Source: Klebsormidium nitens
Lineage: Eukaryota > Plantae > Klebsormidiophyceae
Assembly (NCBI GenBank): GCA_000708835.1
Contig: DF237176.1
Coordinates: 1 to 64,000, forward strand
DNA: 64,000 bases
Direction of reading: 5' to 3'
Shown: piece by piece, positions 1 to 13,859 of the stretch
Position numbering within the stretch: position 1 is the stretch's first letter
Layout: every line of letters begins with the position of its first letter
Made by a program: the position numbers and the translations under genes
The notes under the pieces: model-generated
Told to the model about the DNA's origin: nothing
What the model saw: the letters and a program-made list of their open reading frames with translations, nothing else
Database searches by the model: none

Positions 1-3000
1 TTCAATGGATTCAAATGCATTACATCAGAAGGGACTCAGCCATACAATCCCCCAGTCTGCTGCGGCCCAGGCACGACCAACTGTGGGGGCGAGTGCTGCG
101 ACTCCGTGTTACCAGAGAGTTCCCAGATCTGTGTATTTGACCCAGCCCAGCCAGCAAATGAACCCCCAAGATGCTGTCAATATGGACAGAGCAATTGTGG
201 TGGCCAATGCTGTGACGCAGGCACTACTTGTACCATTGACAATTCCCAGGGATACCCACTCCCGTATTCTGTCCTCAAGGGGCAAGCATTTGTGGGGGCG
301 AGTGTTGTGACGTGGCCAACGGGTACCACTGTTTAAGCACTGGCACACCTGGGGACGCCTCAGTGTGTTGTTTTGGACAGCTAGGGGATCCACCTCCACC
401 TCCGATTCTATGTGGGGGGAAATGCTGCTATCCCGCATTTGGTTATACGTGTTCTGGTGATGCCATCTCAGGAACCTGCTGTGAGCCGGATACTTCTCTT
501 ACAAACGAAGGCGTGTGCTGCCCAAGTGGGGCTACAGCTTGTGGGCAGAGAGCGTGCTGCAGTGCCGAGTATGGGGAGGTTCGCAATGAGGCCGGCGGTT
601 TTTGCTGTCCGTCATTTGCTATAGTGTGTGGGAAAACTTGCTGCGACTTAGCATTTGGTACAAGTCAAGAAAGGACCTGCTTAGGGGACCCCTTGTCGCC
701 TTCGGCACAATGCTGCAAAAGCGGCGTGAGTCTGTGTGGGGGCCGCTGCTGTGATGCCGCTCTTGGCTTCAGCTGCTTGGCGGTTGGGTCCACCGAGCTT
801 TGTTGTTATGGGGACACTGCGCCCATCTGTGGAGGCATGTGCTGCACCGGAACCTGTATGGGGGATGCTGAGGAAGGGAGGTGCTGCTACGGGGCCACTG
901 GCAGTAATCAGCTCTGTTTGAGTAAGTGCTACTTCCTTCTCCCTTTCGGTCGGTGTTTTGAGTTACCATATCCGGAGCCTCGACTTTGAGCTTAACTTGA
1001 CTAGACATCTTGGTGCTTTTGATAAGATTGACATGTTGGGATGCAGCTCTTGCCTATTCGTCGTCCTTGGCTAGCTGAATCATAGAGTCAGCGTTTTGGC
1101 GTTCTTTGATTTACAGTGACACGATCTCATTTCGTCATGAGCCAGTAGTATGTGGATACAGAAGGGAATGCTCGTGCCTCCTCGCAGCGGGAGCTGATAT
1201 CGATGCATGCCGTATTCTTGGCAGACCTGAGTGCTGGACATAACTTTCAGCTCTTGCCCTGAAGAGTAAAGATTAAAGGCAAGACTCGAGCAGAAAGCAT
1301 GTCTGGCGTGCATCGAGGAGCTGACTTCGGCTTCTGGATGGAGTACTGTACGTGGATGCAATCAAGGTGCTAGTCGTGTATGTCCAGTACAAATAAGCCC
1401 AAACTGAACCTTCGAGAATGATGAGACACCTTGGCGCGCTCTTGCAATGTCTCCTAGAGCACGCTGGCACTCCTCTAGGTCAAAGACACTTATGATCATG
1501 GGTCTTGCGTTGCAGACTGCTTGGGAACTTGAGCTGACGCCGTTTTTGAGTACCTCTGCAGGTGGCTCTGGCCATGGAGACCCACATTTTGAGCTAAGAG
1601 GATTCCCAGATGGCAAAGTCCTGGAGTGGGACTTCCATGGTAGACATAATCTATGCTACTGCATGCTCTCCGATACAAGACTGGCGGTGAGCAGCTATCA
1701 TATGAATCTTCCCATTACTCCTTGTTCAAGCTTTTGAAGACGAGTATCTTCCGAGCAAGTGTCTAACCCTACACAACTTCAGCGATCTGTTGGCACATTT
1801 GTCCTGTTACGGTATACGTAACCCCGTCTTGTATTCGCCGCATGCAATTATGTCTTAGGTGACCTTATCAAGTACAAAAGGCACTGGCTGCATTTTGACG
1901 AGTTCATGTGTCTGCCACAAAAGCCATCTGTTGGGAACCTTAAGGTCCGTTAGCTTGACTTAGATTACTGGTAGTCTGGCTGGAAAAGATCTTAGCGTCA
2001 GCTAAAAAAATCAGCGTCAGCTGGCCTAAAAAGATCATGAGCTGCGCACCAGCTTGTAAGTTCTTGCCCTCTTCTTGAAGGCTTCCGACCAGTCTTGCCG
2101 TCTCTTTCGAAGAGGCCTGGAGGGCTCGGTCTTTTCTGATGTAACCAAGCTCGATGCGTCTCGAAGTCGTTTGTTATCCTGGATGGTCGCTTGAAAATTT
2201 CCTCTGCCTTTGTTAGCGAGGAGTCTTCCAATGAACGCTATCTCAACCAGGACCGCGGCAACGGATCGAACCACGTAGGTAAATGCCTTTCTGAAGCTGG
2301 CACAATCCCACTCTAGCGACGATCAATCTTGTGATGACCATCGACTCTTTTTCCGCAGCTGACGGTCCACATGTTCTCCTTGGCACCGGACGCCCGCATC
2401 TTGGAGCGTCCGGAAGACGACGGGCTCAACTTCTTCGAACGCACGTGGATGGACAGACTAGGGATAATGTACATCAACGAGAGGGGAGAGGAAAAGAGCA
2501 TTGCTGTCGTCCTCAACACCGATCTGGACCGCGCTGGAAAGCCGCCCTTTGACGTCACCTTCCAGGGGGAGAACATCACTGCCGCTATCAACGTGAGTAA
2601 AGTGGCGACATAATGCTCTAGATCAGCGCGGCATAATGCGCAGCTTGGAGGCATAACTTAATGCGACGGCGTTGTGTAGTTGGACCGTTTTCGGAGCGGA
2701 GAAACTTGTGGATTCACATCCTCGTGGATTGACTACAAACACCTATTGTTTTTTAAATCTTCGAACGAGCTAGTGCAGTGGTTCCAGTGGCACTAGATTC
2801 CACCAAACGGCTCTGGAAGCTGCAATTTGGATAATCAAACTGCCATGAAGCAGTTAATGACGTTATCTGTGAGTCTCTTCTAATAGGCCTCTATCCCAAA
2901 AGTCGAGCGAGCTTTCCCTCCCGCTTCTTTTATAATATTCGTTCCTATATCCGTCTTCGACTTGGTCCAGCTTAATTCCGCCATGATCATCTGCTCACCG

Positions 3001-4494
3001 TCCACCCGCGAATGACGTTAGCAAGCGCACAGCCAAGCAAATTAAAAGAAATAGTACTCTTCCAATCCGGACAGCCTTTGAGAACAGAGCGGATTTCCAA
3101 CTAAAGCAAACCTCCTGCAGGGCCTCGGTTCTAACTGGACAAGCCCCGACGGAACTTCCTGGATCCGCTGTTCCGCTGACCGCGTCAACGCCTTGTCCGT
3201 TTCCGTGGCCGGACTCTTGGAGATGGAGATCGTGAGCGACGTGGAGAAGGACCTGATCGCGGATCCGCCCGTCCACTTCCTCAACTTCGAAATCAAGGCC
3301 ATCGCCAATACTGCAAACGTGCACGGGGTAATTTGAACTCCGCTCTATATCCTGAGAAAAAGATGCTCCCTGCTTACAATCTGCTTACTTCGCCTCTAGC
3401 TAAGAATGATCGGCATGCCTCGAGGAGCGCGACTGACGGCAGAGCATTCCGTCAAGCTTTTTCTATGCTCATCAGTGGTTGACTCAGCAGACTGTGTGAG
3501 GCCGGACGGCTCAGAGGCAGCTGATCCTTCTTGTTAAACACGCGGCTTTGACGCACCTCCCTCGAAGTCTACCAGGCAGCGTGCAGGTCCCTTTGACGTT
3601 TATTGGGCAGCGCGCCACGTGACTAAGCTCTTCAGTCAGCCGCAATCAATTGGCCATTCGAAACTGTACCGGGAGCTGATCAAAGCCGCCTAATTTGCCA
3701 CCGCGCAGAAACATTAGTAACCAGAAAGTTGCGTCCCACATGATCAGGTCGACTAAGGGACGACCACACGTGGCGGAGGTGAACCGTGGTGGAATTGCTC
3801 ACTCGTACATTTATCCCCCTCCCTAGTTTTTGAGCCAGATGTACGCCCCCGGCCCGGTCGAGGAGCGGCTAGCGATGGGCACGCTTGAGGGGCTCCGCCA
3901 CCGCGAGTACGTTGAGGGCACCGATGACGACTACCTCACCTCGGGCCTGACGTCAGCGGACTGCGGCTTCAGCCGCTTTGGCCAGGTGCGGACACGTGTC
4001 GCCATGCGCTCCGTTCCGGAACGGAGGACAGGCCTGCAGACGGAGAGGCCTCGCTTTGCTTCTGAGCGAAGCACTTTGCTTGTCGCTCTGTTGAGCCCGT
4101 TATATGCAGGGTCGAATTTTGCGCCAGTCAGCAATACTTTTCAACGATACACTAGACGCACTGCCTGCCTTTTTGGGACGCGTAAAAATTAAACACCGTC
4201 CCGTCAAACAGCTTTTCGTCCCTGAGTCTAAGGCCCCAAGCTGCACTACCAGGTCGTTTCCTTCTCGCTCCCACAGGCGTTCCATACTGACGTCATTTTC
4301 CGACGTAATGGTTGATTCTGTGATTCTGCGACTGATTCTGTACATCTCTCATGCAGATGCTGGAGAACTTGGTGGTCGATGCTCTTGGTTCCAGCCGCCG
4401 TCTCTTCTCTGCGAGCGGACAAGAGCTTACGGTCACAGAGTCGACGGTTTGCCGCCTCGTTGGAAAAGGTAGAAACTCGTTTGTGTGTATGTAA
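1..4494 (+). pseudogene. Cys-rich repeat / DPHF-root-cap domain secreted protein, copy A; 5' end outside the window, one frameshift at ~240-268
   Basis: Exons <1-921, 1562-1686, 2359-2592, 3121-3327, 3827-3985, 4357-4494. All introns are GT-AG and phases are consistent (1,0,0,0,0). Internal exon lengths (125/234/207/159) and the last exon (138) match copy B exactly. Frame +1 reads Cys modules from base 1 (FNGFKCITSEG...CGGQCCDAGTTCTIDNSQG), then the modules continue in frame +3 (TPVFCPQGASICGGECC...). Motifs: GDPHF, TWMDRLGI, VHGFLSQ, EGTDDDYLTSGL..DCGFSRF. The frameshift could be an assembly error. Confidence 0.75.
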
Positions 4495-5660
4495 AGCTTG
4501 GCCGTAAGGAAGTTTTAACCAGGCAGCAGGAGTCTTGACCAGCTTTCTAGATTCTATTTCTCTGCGTTGATTTGTGTGTTTCTAGTAATAATTGCATCTC
4601 TTCAGCGAGGCCGTTGGCGGTGAACGAGAGGGTTTCAAGCAGATTAGGCTTCACTCAACAACGGCCAGGACCGCGGACACATTAGAATTTGAAAACGAAT
4701 CCTCGCTTAGATTTGAACGGGCCAGGTCTAGTCGATATTTGTACAGAAGAGGCAGCTTCCACTTCCGAAGTTCAGGCACTTGGTGTGAAGTCAAGGACAA
4801 CTAAAGGAGTCGTTTTATTTTGAGAGGGTTATATGCGTTCTGCTGCCAGCTCCACTAGAATGTAGCAAGATTACTGTGATCTTCTACTTAGTTTACACAG
4901 TTCTATCAAAGTCGTCGCCTCCAAGAGCCCTCATAATGCTAAAACGTCGTGCCTGCTTTACTGGTGCATGTTCAGGCACGACCGTTGAGGAGCCTGGATG
5001 TTTGTCGAATTGAATGAGCAATGAGAAGGACGCCGTGATTGCGCCACTATGCCAGTGCTTGCAGCTCGCATGATGAGATCATGTGGCTGATGGAATTCCG
5101 AGGGATTCCAACTTTTCAAACGTGCTGTCAGATGATATGTCATCAAACGCCCGTTAATTTTTGGTTTAAGACAAGCTTTGCCATCCTGTATATGGTAACC
5201 CCAGATGGACTCTGCCAGTGCGGATATCGTCAAAGACCTTCGCTAGGACTTTAGTTCAAGTTTACTACGGAATCATTGAATCAAGTCCACTGTACGGAAC
5301 AATCTCGAATTCACCAACTTGAAAGGCCTTGAAGGACTCTATTTCATCATACAAAGATCTACAGCGGATCGTTCTATGTGTCACTAGCTGTCGGAGCGTG
5401 ACGTGGACTCGAGTCTAGGACCACTCTTCTCATCCATGCAATTGGGCACAGCCGCAGGTCAGTAAGATTGGACCCTTTTAATTACGTGTCGCGCTGCCAT
5501 TCCCTGTCCGGTCAGACTGGGCTCATCATGGCATTCAGCGGCCGGGCGCAGTTCTAGCCGCGTTCCCACTTGGCTGCATGGCGCAACTGTTGCGATCAAC
5601 TGTATGAAGTTGTACGTAAGTCTGTCGGAGGCGCGTAGTGAGATTCGAGCTCATTGGGCG
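4495..5660 (+). repeat. 3' flank of copy A, homologous to the 3' flank of copy B (20212-~21430)
   Basis: Collinear shared blocks, e.g. 'ttattttgag.ggg...tatgcgtt.tgctgccagctccactagaa.gtagcaag' (~4815 vs ~20520), 'agcggatcgtt' (~5362 vs ~21062) and 'ctgtcggagg' (~5621 vs ~21393). Ends are approximate. Confidence 0.75.
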
Positions 5661-7066
5661 GCGCGGCTGGAACTCTGGAATAAGCAGCCACGAATCAGCG
5701 AGAGCGTTACGGCCCCGATATGTGCGTCAACCAGTCATTTCTCAAGCTAGTATTTTGCCCGCAACTCAGTGACTCGCATCAGCTATGGGCAACTCGGCGC
5801 GCGGCGGCCGCGCCAATTTTCGTGACACGTACTAACAACTTGAACGCTGAGTTTGCTTCAAGATGCTGCGCCAGGCCGCCGCCGGCCCGCTCTTTGCATG
5901 CCATGCTGAGAAAACATATTGACACAGAACGGCGCACAGTAGCTAGCGCCTGATGCACTGGTGTGCGCGCGGGTCCATGCCAGCACGCACACTCAGCCGG
6001 TGCAGTAGTACTTTGACTTCGAGTCTGATTATGATAGGACAAAAATGCTGCGACTTATATCGTATGCAAACCGTAGACGTAAAGGGACTCCGGGACGACA
6101 GCTCTAGTGACTCCTCCGAGTCAGGCTAGCTTATTTGATGACTCCGAATCGTCCCCGACATTCCGCATGATCAGTGCGCATGCATGATGCATTTTGGAGA
6201 CTGCCAGAGATGCCATGATGCGTCGCCCAGTACATTAGTATATACCATTTTCCAGTGCCTCCGCTTTTGGCTACAGCCGCGAATGATCATCCGATTTCTG
6301 GGAAATTAGGGTCCGCGGGATCCCTTCCCCGCAGCCGGCTCGGCTATATAACCGAGACTGAGAATCTAATTCAGTCACGGTGACCTGTAACAATATGATG
6401 CACCTTAATTAATGCACGGCCCAAACGAACATTTAAATAGAGATGTATGTGTGGCAACCGGTGAACCACTAGAGTACTTCACAATCTATCTAGTGACAGG
6501 AGATACGAACGTCCATCACGGAGGGCCGCCTGAATCACAATCGCTGCCAAAAACGCGAGTCCCTAACAACAGCTGTACGTAAAAATTCCTCCAGATTGCC
6601 TGTTTGTGCTCGAAAAGCAACACCAGCGTATGGTAACGTGTGGTGTTGATTATACAGAGAATGCCAACAAAACTATCTCGAACCGACCAAGAGATGCTCA
6701 GAAGAGGCTACAGCCGCGGAGACACGGTCCAATTGTTTGCAGCCCCGTTCGTAGAGCAGCTTTGCTAGACGCCGAACGTATGGCGAACTCGATGAGCCCA
6801 GCGCCCACAACTAATCAGAAGAGCAGACCTAGCAGGCGACGACAATAAGGGGTCAGTGTTCCGTTCGTCAGCCAACGCGCTACGAACCGGTTCAATTTAA
6901 AAATATACTTGGGTTATGTTGCAGGAGACACTCTCAAGTCATCCAGTGACCTGGTTCTCGACCATCTTCTGCACCCGATATGGCCGCCGTTGTGGCGCAC
7001 AATTTTGAGCCAGCCAGGTAGCGAAGACAGAAACACGGAAAAGTCGCTAGATCACATGACCGTGCG

Positions 7067-7651
7067 GTGAGGCCCGGCCCAGATATAAGTACAAAAACAG
7101 TTTCATCTTTCTTGGAGGTTAGGAATGAGCGCATGGCTGCAGCGCCGGAAGAAGCAAGTGCAAAAAATGGCAGGATCGAAAGAGAGCTATGCTACGATGC
7201 ATCCACGGGGAGGGAAGCGGAAGAAAAACCAGAAGTCAGAAGCGTGGCGACTTGCCTGCAAGACGAACGATCGAGCGGCTGGCGACCTGAAGTTCCCCTA
7301 CAGGTACCGCTAAAGGTACCCCTCCCGGACAGCGACTCGGACAGCTGGGACAACCCGGACCGCTCGAAACAGGCCCAGCTGATAGCGGACGCTTTCCGTG
7401 TTGCTGCCAAGTACCTTCAAATTGGCATAGCCGTCAAAACCTGGACTGACCGAGGATTTATTGATACGGTCGTCTCGAGTTTCACTTGCATGATACGACT
7501 CGCTTTTGACATCCGATCCGAAGTCATTCGTAATTGGTTAGAAGTCTATCTTGGGCTCCCCTTTCAATGGTATCCCGCGGAATTTTCGAACCCATCTCTC
7601 GTTTCGCTCTGGCGGCGACAAACCAACCGACATAAAAATCCACCAGGTTAA
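7067..7651 (+). other. Possible coding remnant of unknown product (core 7300-7420, PLPDSDSDSWDNPDRSKQAQLIADAFRVAAKYLQ)
   Basis: 194-aa ORF; only the ~120-nt core has high-GC3, protein-like codons. No family recognised and no consistent splice model. Confidence 0.2.
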
Positions 7652-8280
7652 GGGGTTCGAACCGGTCTCGATCCGACAATCACATCACGGCTGACAAAGC
7701 AGCCCACTGCCCTCAGAGCTACGGCTTTGCTAGCGCACTCTGAAGGGATCACGCTGCTTCGTTCCGCTCCGATAGAGTGTGTGATTGATCCAGAGCCCGA
7801 TTCGATTTATGGAAGATGTGATTCTTGGGCTTCCAGACTCAAATGGGCACTTCAGCAAATGTAGAAAAGGGTCAAAAACACCACAGCTTGTCTGCCTGCT
7901 TCATCACCCTTAAAAAAGAGTCTTAATCTGGTGCTTGAGTGCTTTGAACCAAATACTATCTGGAAACAGATATCGAGCCCAGCTTGAGGGCCAAGCAAGC
8001 CAGATAGCGAACGTAAAGAAAAAATGGCGTAAAAGGCTCTCCTCCAAGAACTCTCGCTTCACCAAAGTGCGTCCGTGCCTGGTGTACAGGGAAACGAGCA
8101 AAGCAGAGGGTCTCCTTCAAAAGCATTACAAGCGAAGAAACCTCCAGCATCCGAACTACAGTGGCAGAGGAAGGTCCTCACAGTAGGGAAAGCGTATTTG
8201 AACCTTGAGCAAAACAGACCCGTCAGACAAACCTCTCGACGGGCGACTCGTGACGTCAGCGTGACGTCGGGGGCGCTTAC

Positions 8281-10216
8281 CCGCACGAGCTCGGCCTTCG
8301 CTCCATAAAGGCCTGCGCAGCGTGCGCGCGCGCTGGGCCGCTTGGAGCTTTGGGAAGGTGGCGAAGGGTTCGGACGGCCGGACGTCCTTGCACAACGCGC
8401 GAAGACACGTGGCGAGCAGCGTAAACTCCTCGATCAACCGGTTCAGAACCTTTTGCACTCGGGGCACCTGCACATCGAGGGCCTCAAGATGTCCAACTCG
8501 CTCAACATCTTCATCGCCGCTTACAGCGACTCGTAGACCGCCACGTCGTCCGGATTTCCGGCCGCGTCTAGTCTGAACACCACTTTCGTGCTGTCCAGCC
8601 GGAGCGCGCCCGGTACATGTCGCGCGTGCGTGCGTGCGAGGTAGTTCAGCAGGATGACGTCGATATTGATATTGACGTCATCCCACGCATGGTTCCCGTG
8701 TAGCGCAGACGGTTTGGAAACACGGGACAGGCGGGGCGGTTGGCTCCACCTGGCCGGACAGGCTTCCAAGAAACCGGGTTAAGAATCTCAGTTGCCCTCC
8801 TAAAAGCCTTACGACTTGGTTCTAGATTCCTAAGTTTGAATCCAAATTTCTAAAGTCGTTTACCAGCCCTCCTGGAAGGAGACCGACTCCTTTAAGACCT
8901 ATAAGAGCATTTAAAACAATAACGTTCACCAAAACAAACAAGCTTCGATAACGACTGCAAGAAGCGGAACCTGAAGACGCCCGAGCTTTCTGCGGGGTAG
9001 GCCTTCGGCAGGTCGAAGTGACAGATATCTAGACCAGGGTTAGAAAGTGAAGACAACACGAAGACGGGATTCGAGATAATGTAGAATCGACTTCAGCGGC
9101 CAGACCGACACTTTAATTTTGACAGTTAGACAAAACACCAGCTAGAGTTGGCGAGTCCCTATTACATAAGCTTCAACCCAGACCAAAGGGTTTGGTTATC
9201 ATGTGGTCCCCAAAATTTGCACAATTAATTTAGCCCAGCTCAAGCAGAGCCCGGGCTTGCCCCTTTTGATCGCTTAGCCGTCATGCAGATTCACTCGCTC
9301 TAAGCAAGCACTTCACCGTATCAGAGAATCAGGTCTACTTCAGAAGAGTCTGACCGCGCCCGCAATTCGATATTGACCGCACGCAACCCAGATCCAAAAT
9401 CGGGAAGTAGCCACCATCCCCTACCTGCTCCAAAGCCGTCGTCCGCACGAGCGCCGCCTCTGCGAAGTCCACGCGCGACATGACGTCAGGGCGACGCCAG
9501 CGGCTAATGCGGCGAGAAGCTCGCGCACCCCTGTGAAGGCTCCGTTTCGTGCGGGCGCGAGCGAGGGGTTTCAAAGGTTTCGCCAAGACCTCAAGGATGC
9601 AGTAGGGGGCGAGACACGTGTCGATGCGTTTGAGGAGTTCAACGGCGAAGCCCTTGCCGCCTTCCTCCTGAAGGAGGGTAAGTGAAAGAAGTTAAGGACG
9701 GGTTTGAGGTGAAATTGGCAGAGAGGAGATTAAGCACGTATTCGCATCCTGCACCTCAACGGCGAAGGGAGGGATGCAAGTGAGCGAGGAGTTGCTGATG
9801 GATGTGCAGAAAAGTAATCTCTGTAATTGAAGGATAAGAAGACAAAACAAGAAAATAGTGCTGAGAGGGTGGGTCAGCTCGAGTTGGGTTGGGTCACGCA
9901 AGTGCGGGGCGTAATCAGTGGTCGAAGGCCTTGGGTCTGTCGAGGGAGAGGGGTATTGTCACTCAGCGTTTCGTTCAACGGAATGGAGGAGAAATGATGA
10001 AGGCGGCTGAAACGGGGTTGAGAATTCTAGTTTCGCCACGACGAGATGAGAATAGTACTTTTGGTCGTTAAGATGGTGTCAAGGCTTTTCTGAAGGACGG
10101 CGCTCGCTGCCCCTGCTGGTCCGTCCGCTACCTTGTCCGGTGACCCACACAGCAGAAAGCGGAAGCCAATTCGCAAGAGCAGACTCCTTGAACGAGCAGA
10201 CCTCCAATATCGAGGC
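8281..10216 (-). pseudogene. Decayed multi-exon gene of unknown product
   Basis: Minus-strand exon-like blocks. 9667-9425 is open over 81 codons (EEGGKGFAVELLKRID...TTALEQ), bounded by ccttcAG and GTaggg. ~8749-8281 (DVILLNYLARTHARHVPGALRLDSTKVVF...YESL*AAMKMLSELDI / VPRVQKVLNRLIEEFTLL...) has an in-frame TAA and frame changes and ends at cgg|GTaagc. A possible further exon lies at ~10216-10131. Flanks are pyrimidine-rich on the minus strand, like introns. Confidence 0.35.
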
Positions 10217-13200
10217 CTTTCGAGAAGAAGCGAGAGTTGGATTTTTGAGGAGGATGAAGACTCGATGGCGGAAACCTTGACGCTCGGGCGAGAGAAGACT
10301 AAAGTATCCGGGTCAGAAAAGCCAACGGATGCGCTGGACTTCCGGAGTGACCCTCGAGAAAGTTGGGCGCGGAAACGGATACGGGTATGTCCGGGAAAGT
10401 AACGGCACGCAAGAACGTTTTACTAGAGCGGGTGAATCTTTGATCAAGCCAAAGGAAACCTAGGCGGCTGCCAGTCCGCGCTTCATCTGTTTGAATCTGC
10501 CATGGGGAAACGTAGAGAGGCAGACTGGCTGCTCCGAAAGGTGCAGACACTGGTAGCGGAAAACGAAGTGAACTCGGCAAAGCGACAGGAGGCCCTTCTC
10601 TTGCGGCATCGCTTTGCATAGGTTTCCCTCTGCTGACATGCCGTTTGAATTCGCTCCGGACAAGGGTAGGGACGTTCTCGCAGAAGCGAGCGGAGACAGA
10701 GCGGAAAACGGAACGATCAAGTGAGGAAAGCGGGAGGGAAATATACATTCCGCAACTGTGACCTTTGGTGGGAGTTCAACGGCGGAGCCGGAACGAGTCA
10801 GGGAGCTTGTTAGTGACCCAGACGGAAAGACAACCGGATTCAGCCATGGAAGAAAATGAGCGGAAGGTCGTCACAGAAGCACAGAGCGGAACCGAAACAC
10901 CAGCAATGGTGCACGATGAGCCGAAGCGCAGATAGACAGCGAGCAGAAGACACCCCGACCCAAAGGCAGCTAACAGGACCGAAGAGAGTCTCACGGCTCG
11001 CTGTAGAATACAATATTTTGTTGGTATTGAGGACCCGTATGTTTTACACTTTGAGGGGAGACCCAATTAAGCAAATCTTTACCCCGAAACTCATGAGCGG
11101 TAACAGGGTTTCTCTTGATGTTATTCAGTAAGTATTCTAGGTGCATGGGATTCTTAAGACAGCCTTGACAGACGGTAATCTAAAGCTTCAACGCTCAAGC
11201 AGTAATAAGTAAGAAATGAATGTCGGCGAAAGTGATTGAGGGCGCAGAGTCCGGCTGTACACTATTGCGTACATCAATCCAATAAATAGTGGTCGAGTCA
11301 CAGGCTAGAAGGTCTTCTTTCACCTTTGCAGGTTCTGCAGATCTCAAATCTTATGCCTCAAAGCAGGAGGCCCCGCAGACGTTCATTTCCTCCCATGGCA
11401 ACGGCGCAAGAATGGTCGACAAAACTCGAATGTGAAAGCGAAAAACTTATTTCAATCTGGACTTCATGGTCAATACTCCAACGTCGTATCCTGACATAGA
11501 CTTACCTCTGTGCGCCTCTGCAGTCTGTGGTCTGCCCCTTCCGATCCTTTCCGCTGCGCTGCTTTTGCCTCCATGCATATTAGCATACTGAGTGAATGTC
11601 TCCAATTGAGAAGCCAGATGTGTGTAATAGAATGGGAACTAGAATGGGACGCACCTCTGCGTGCTTTCTGCCAGCTGCCCCCCCGCTCCTTCCAGCGACG
11701 CGACAGGCAGCTCAGGTTACCCTTCTTGCCACTGGAGCTTGTCAACACACCAACACCCAATACTCTCATTACCTCAAACCCATGAGAACCTGGACTCGAT
11801 GCAACTAGAACGGGCCCAACCTGCGTGTGCCTTCACGCGCCGCCGCTTGCACTCCCCTTAACGGTCCAGCAAACGCTGCTTTCCACTCCGTGCGCGCCTT
11901 GTGAATCCAATGCCAAATCCCTCAAGATACGAAACCTCAAACAGCTCAAACATGAGAAGAACGAGGATGGACCCAACCTTCCGACGCTCTTAGCAGGTGG
12001 CGCAGCTCCCCTTCTCCGCGTGCCGGAACTGCCGGCTGCTGCTTCAATGAACGGTGCACCCCATACAGCTGGCGCTCTAGCGAGCGGCAGCTGCAGCTGG
12101 TTGTGGGTATGGGCGCCCTGGCAATGAAACAAAGGGCGATAATCAGAGACGGATCTCCAGTGGGAAACTTCGACCCTGATTGACCAGGTAGGCACGTAAG
12201 CTCACGTTTTTGCGGAAAAACCGCACAGATTGCACGGCAGACCTCCAAAATGCTGATGCCTCATGATGTGAATGAATAGGGAGTGGGCAGTCCTGGTCAA
12301 TATGCGCACACATAGGGTATATATAACTTGCACAGAAGTTGCAAATAGCGCAGATGCTCTTCTCCGCCGAAGAATTTCACACAAGAAGATTGCAGGCAGC
12401 CAGCTAGTATGTGCCCACAAGACTTGAAAGGGTCCAGGCGCAAGATCACCTCTCATTGAATCTTATGGACTTGAGGGTAATGAGAACGTCCAACATCCTG
12501 TGACAGCTCGCTTTTCTCCACCAGAGAGACCACATAACTTTTGGGGCCGACCTTTACGGCACAGGACACACCGAGCCCCGAGCAGGCTCCATGAAGGACC
12601 GGGCGTTCCACGGCGAATCTTGAGATCAGAATGAGCTTCAAGATGTGAAGCTGGATTAATCAAGGCTAATTCTTGGAGCAAGAACCTTTCCCAGAAGTCT
12701 GCAATTAAACCAGGCAGAAAAGTTGAATATCGAACACATGGATGCCCGGGAGAGTCTCCATGAACAAGAAGGCAGAAGAGGGAAGAAATAGATAGAGAAG
12801 AGTCTGTAGGATCGAGCAGAAAACGGATTTTTTCCAAACCCAGGGCGGCGTGCAAGTTCCAGTCAATCACCACTTAGCTTGCAGTGCTGCAGAGCATAAG
12901 AGGGCTGGCGCATGATACAGAGTGCAAGAAGAAGAACGCAGACTCAGTCTTGCACGTAGTACAGCATTCCAAGCTAATTGAGTGATTTTTGACTACAAAA
13001 GATTCCATTCAAATGTGGATCAAGCTAGGATGAACCTTCTGACAATGAAAGCCTTCAAAGAAGTAACGCAAACTGCGATCAGACGCTCACTCCGACAAGC
13101 ATTTGCTCATTTCCACAGCGTGCAGCCTGGGGTGCATTTTACAGCGCCCATTCTCCCACTTTCGTTATTGGAAGATTCTGGCACTAGAACTCTGGGGGGG

Positions 13201-13820
13201 GCAGCTGGATAACTGGAGCTGAAATCTATGTCAACCCTTGACATTGTGCCGTGACCGGCAGATCAGTCCGTGAAAACAAACATCCAGCGTGCTTTTGACA
13301 GCCTGCTGCCTGCTGTCGCTGCATGCGCCCTCCTCGCATGCATTCCCATCTGTCTACCTAGAAGAGCGCGATCTTGATGTCTGGACAGCGCTTGCGCTGC
13401 CTTGCCATCATTCTGTGATCCGATCATTCTCTGGCAGCCGTCGCCGTGCGTGAGATGCGCGGCAGGCGCCGGCGGCCGCCCCCACCGTGACACTGTTAAA
13501 CTTACAGGCCTGGCAGCCGGCCGGGCCCGGCCGGGCTGCTGAGGCAACAAGCCTGCCACTTCAAGCGGCCGCCGGGTTCCGCGCCGCGGGCATCACGGCG
13601 CCGCGACATCACCAGACAGCTTGCCACGCGGCAAAAGCCATTAATGCTGCATAATACACATGCACCCTTGGGCCTTACCTACTACCTAGCTGCATTTAAT
13701 CCAGTTCTTCCCCGAGTTCTTCTCTTCTTCGAACACATCCATGATCCAGCTGCATATGCATTATGCAGTTTTTCGAGTCTTGAGTCCTCCAACTCCCGAG
13801 GCTCCGAGTCGTCGCAGACA

Positions 13821-13859
13821 GACTCCTGATCGACTCCTGACTCCTGACTCCTGAGTCCT
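13821..13859. repeat. Heptamer tandem repeat GACTCCT (5 copies, one GAGTCCT, one 4-nt spacer) inside a GC-rich, palindrome-dense island (~13400-14300)
   Basis: gactcct-gatc-gactcct-gactcct-gactcct-gagtcct read directly; 14-bp palindrome ggccgggcccggcc at ~13518. Confidence 0.85.

Noticed and set aside
240-270. Programmed ribosomal frameshift in copy A
   Set aside because: No X-XXY-YYZ slippery heptamer, the paralog is in frame, and other decay signs accompany it.
10300-13250. Several 80-150-aa ORFs (e.g. 12463-12873, 11833-12195) as genes or TE proteins
   Set aside because: No recognisable domain, no coherent splice model and no coding-like codon bias; left unannotated.
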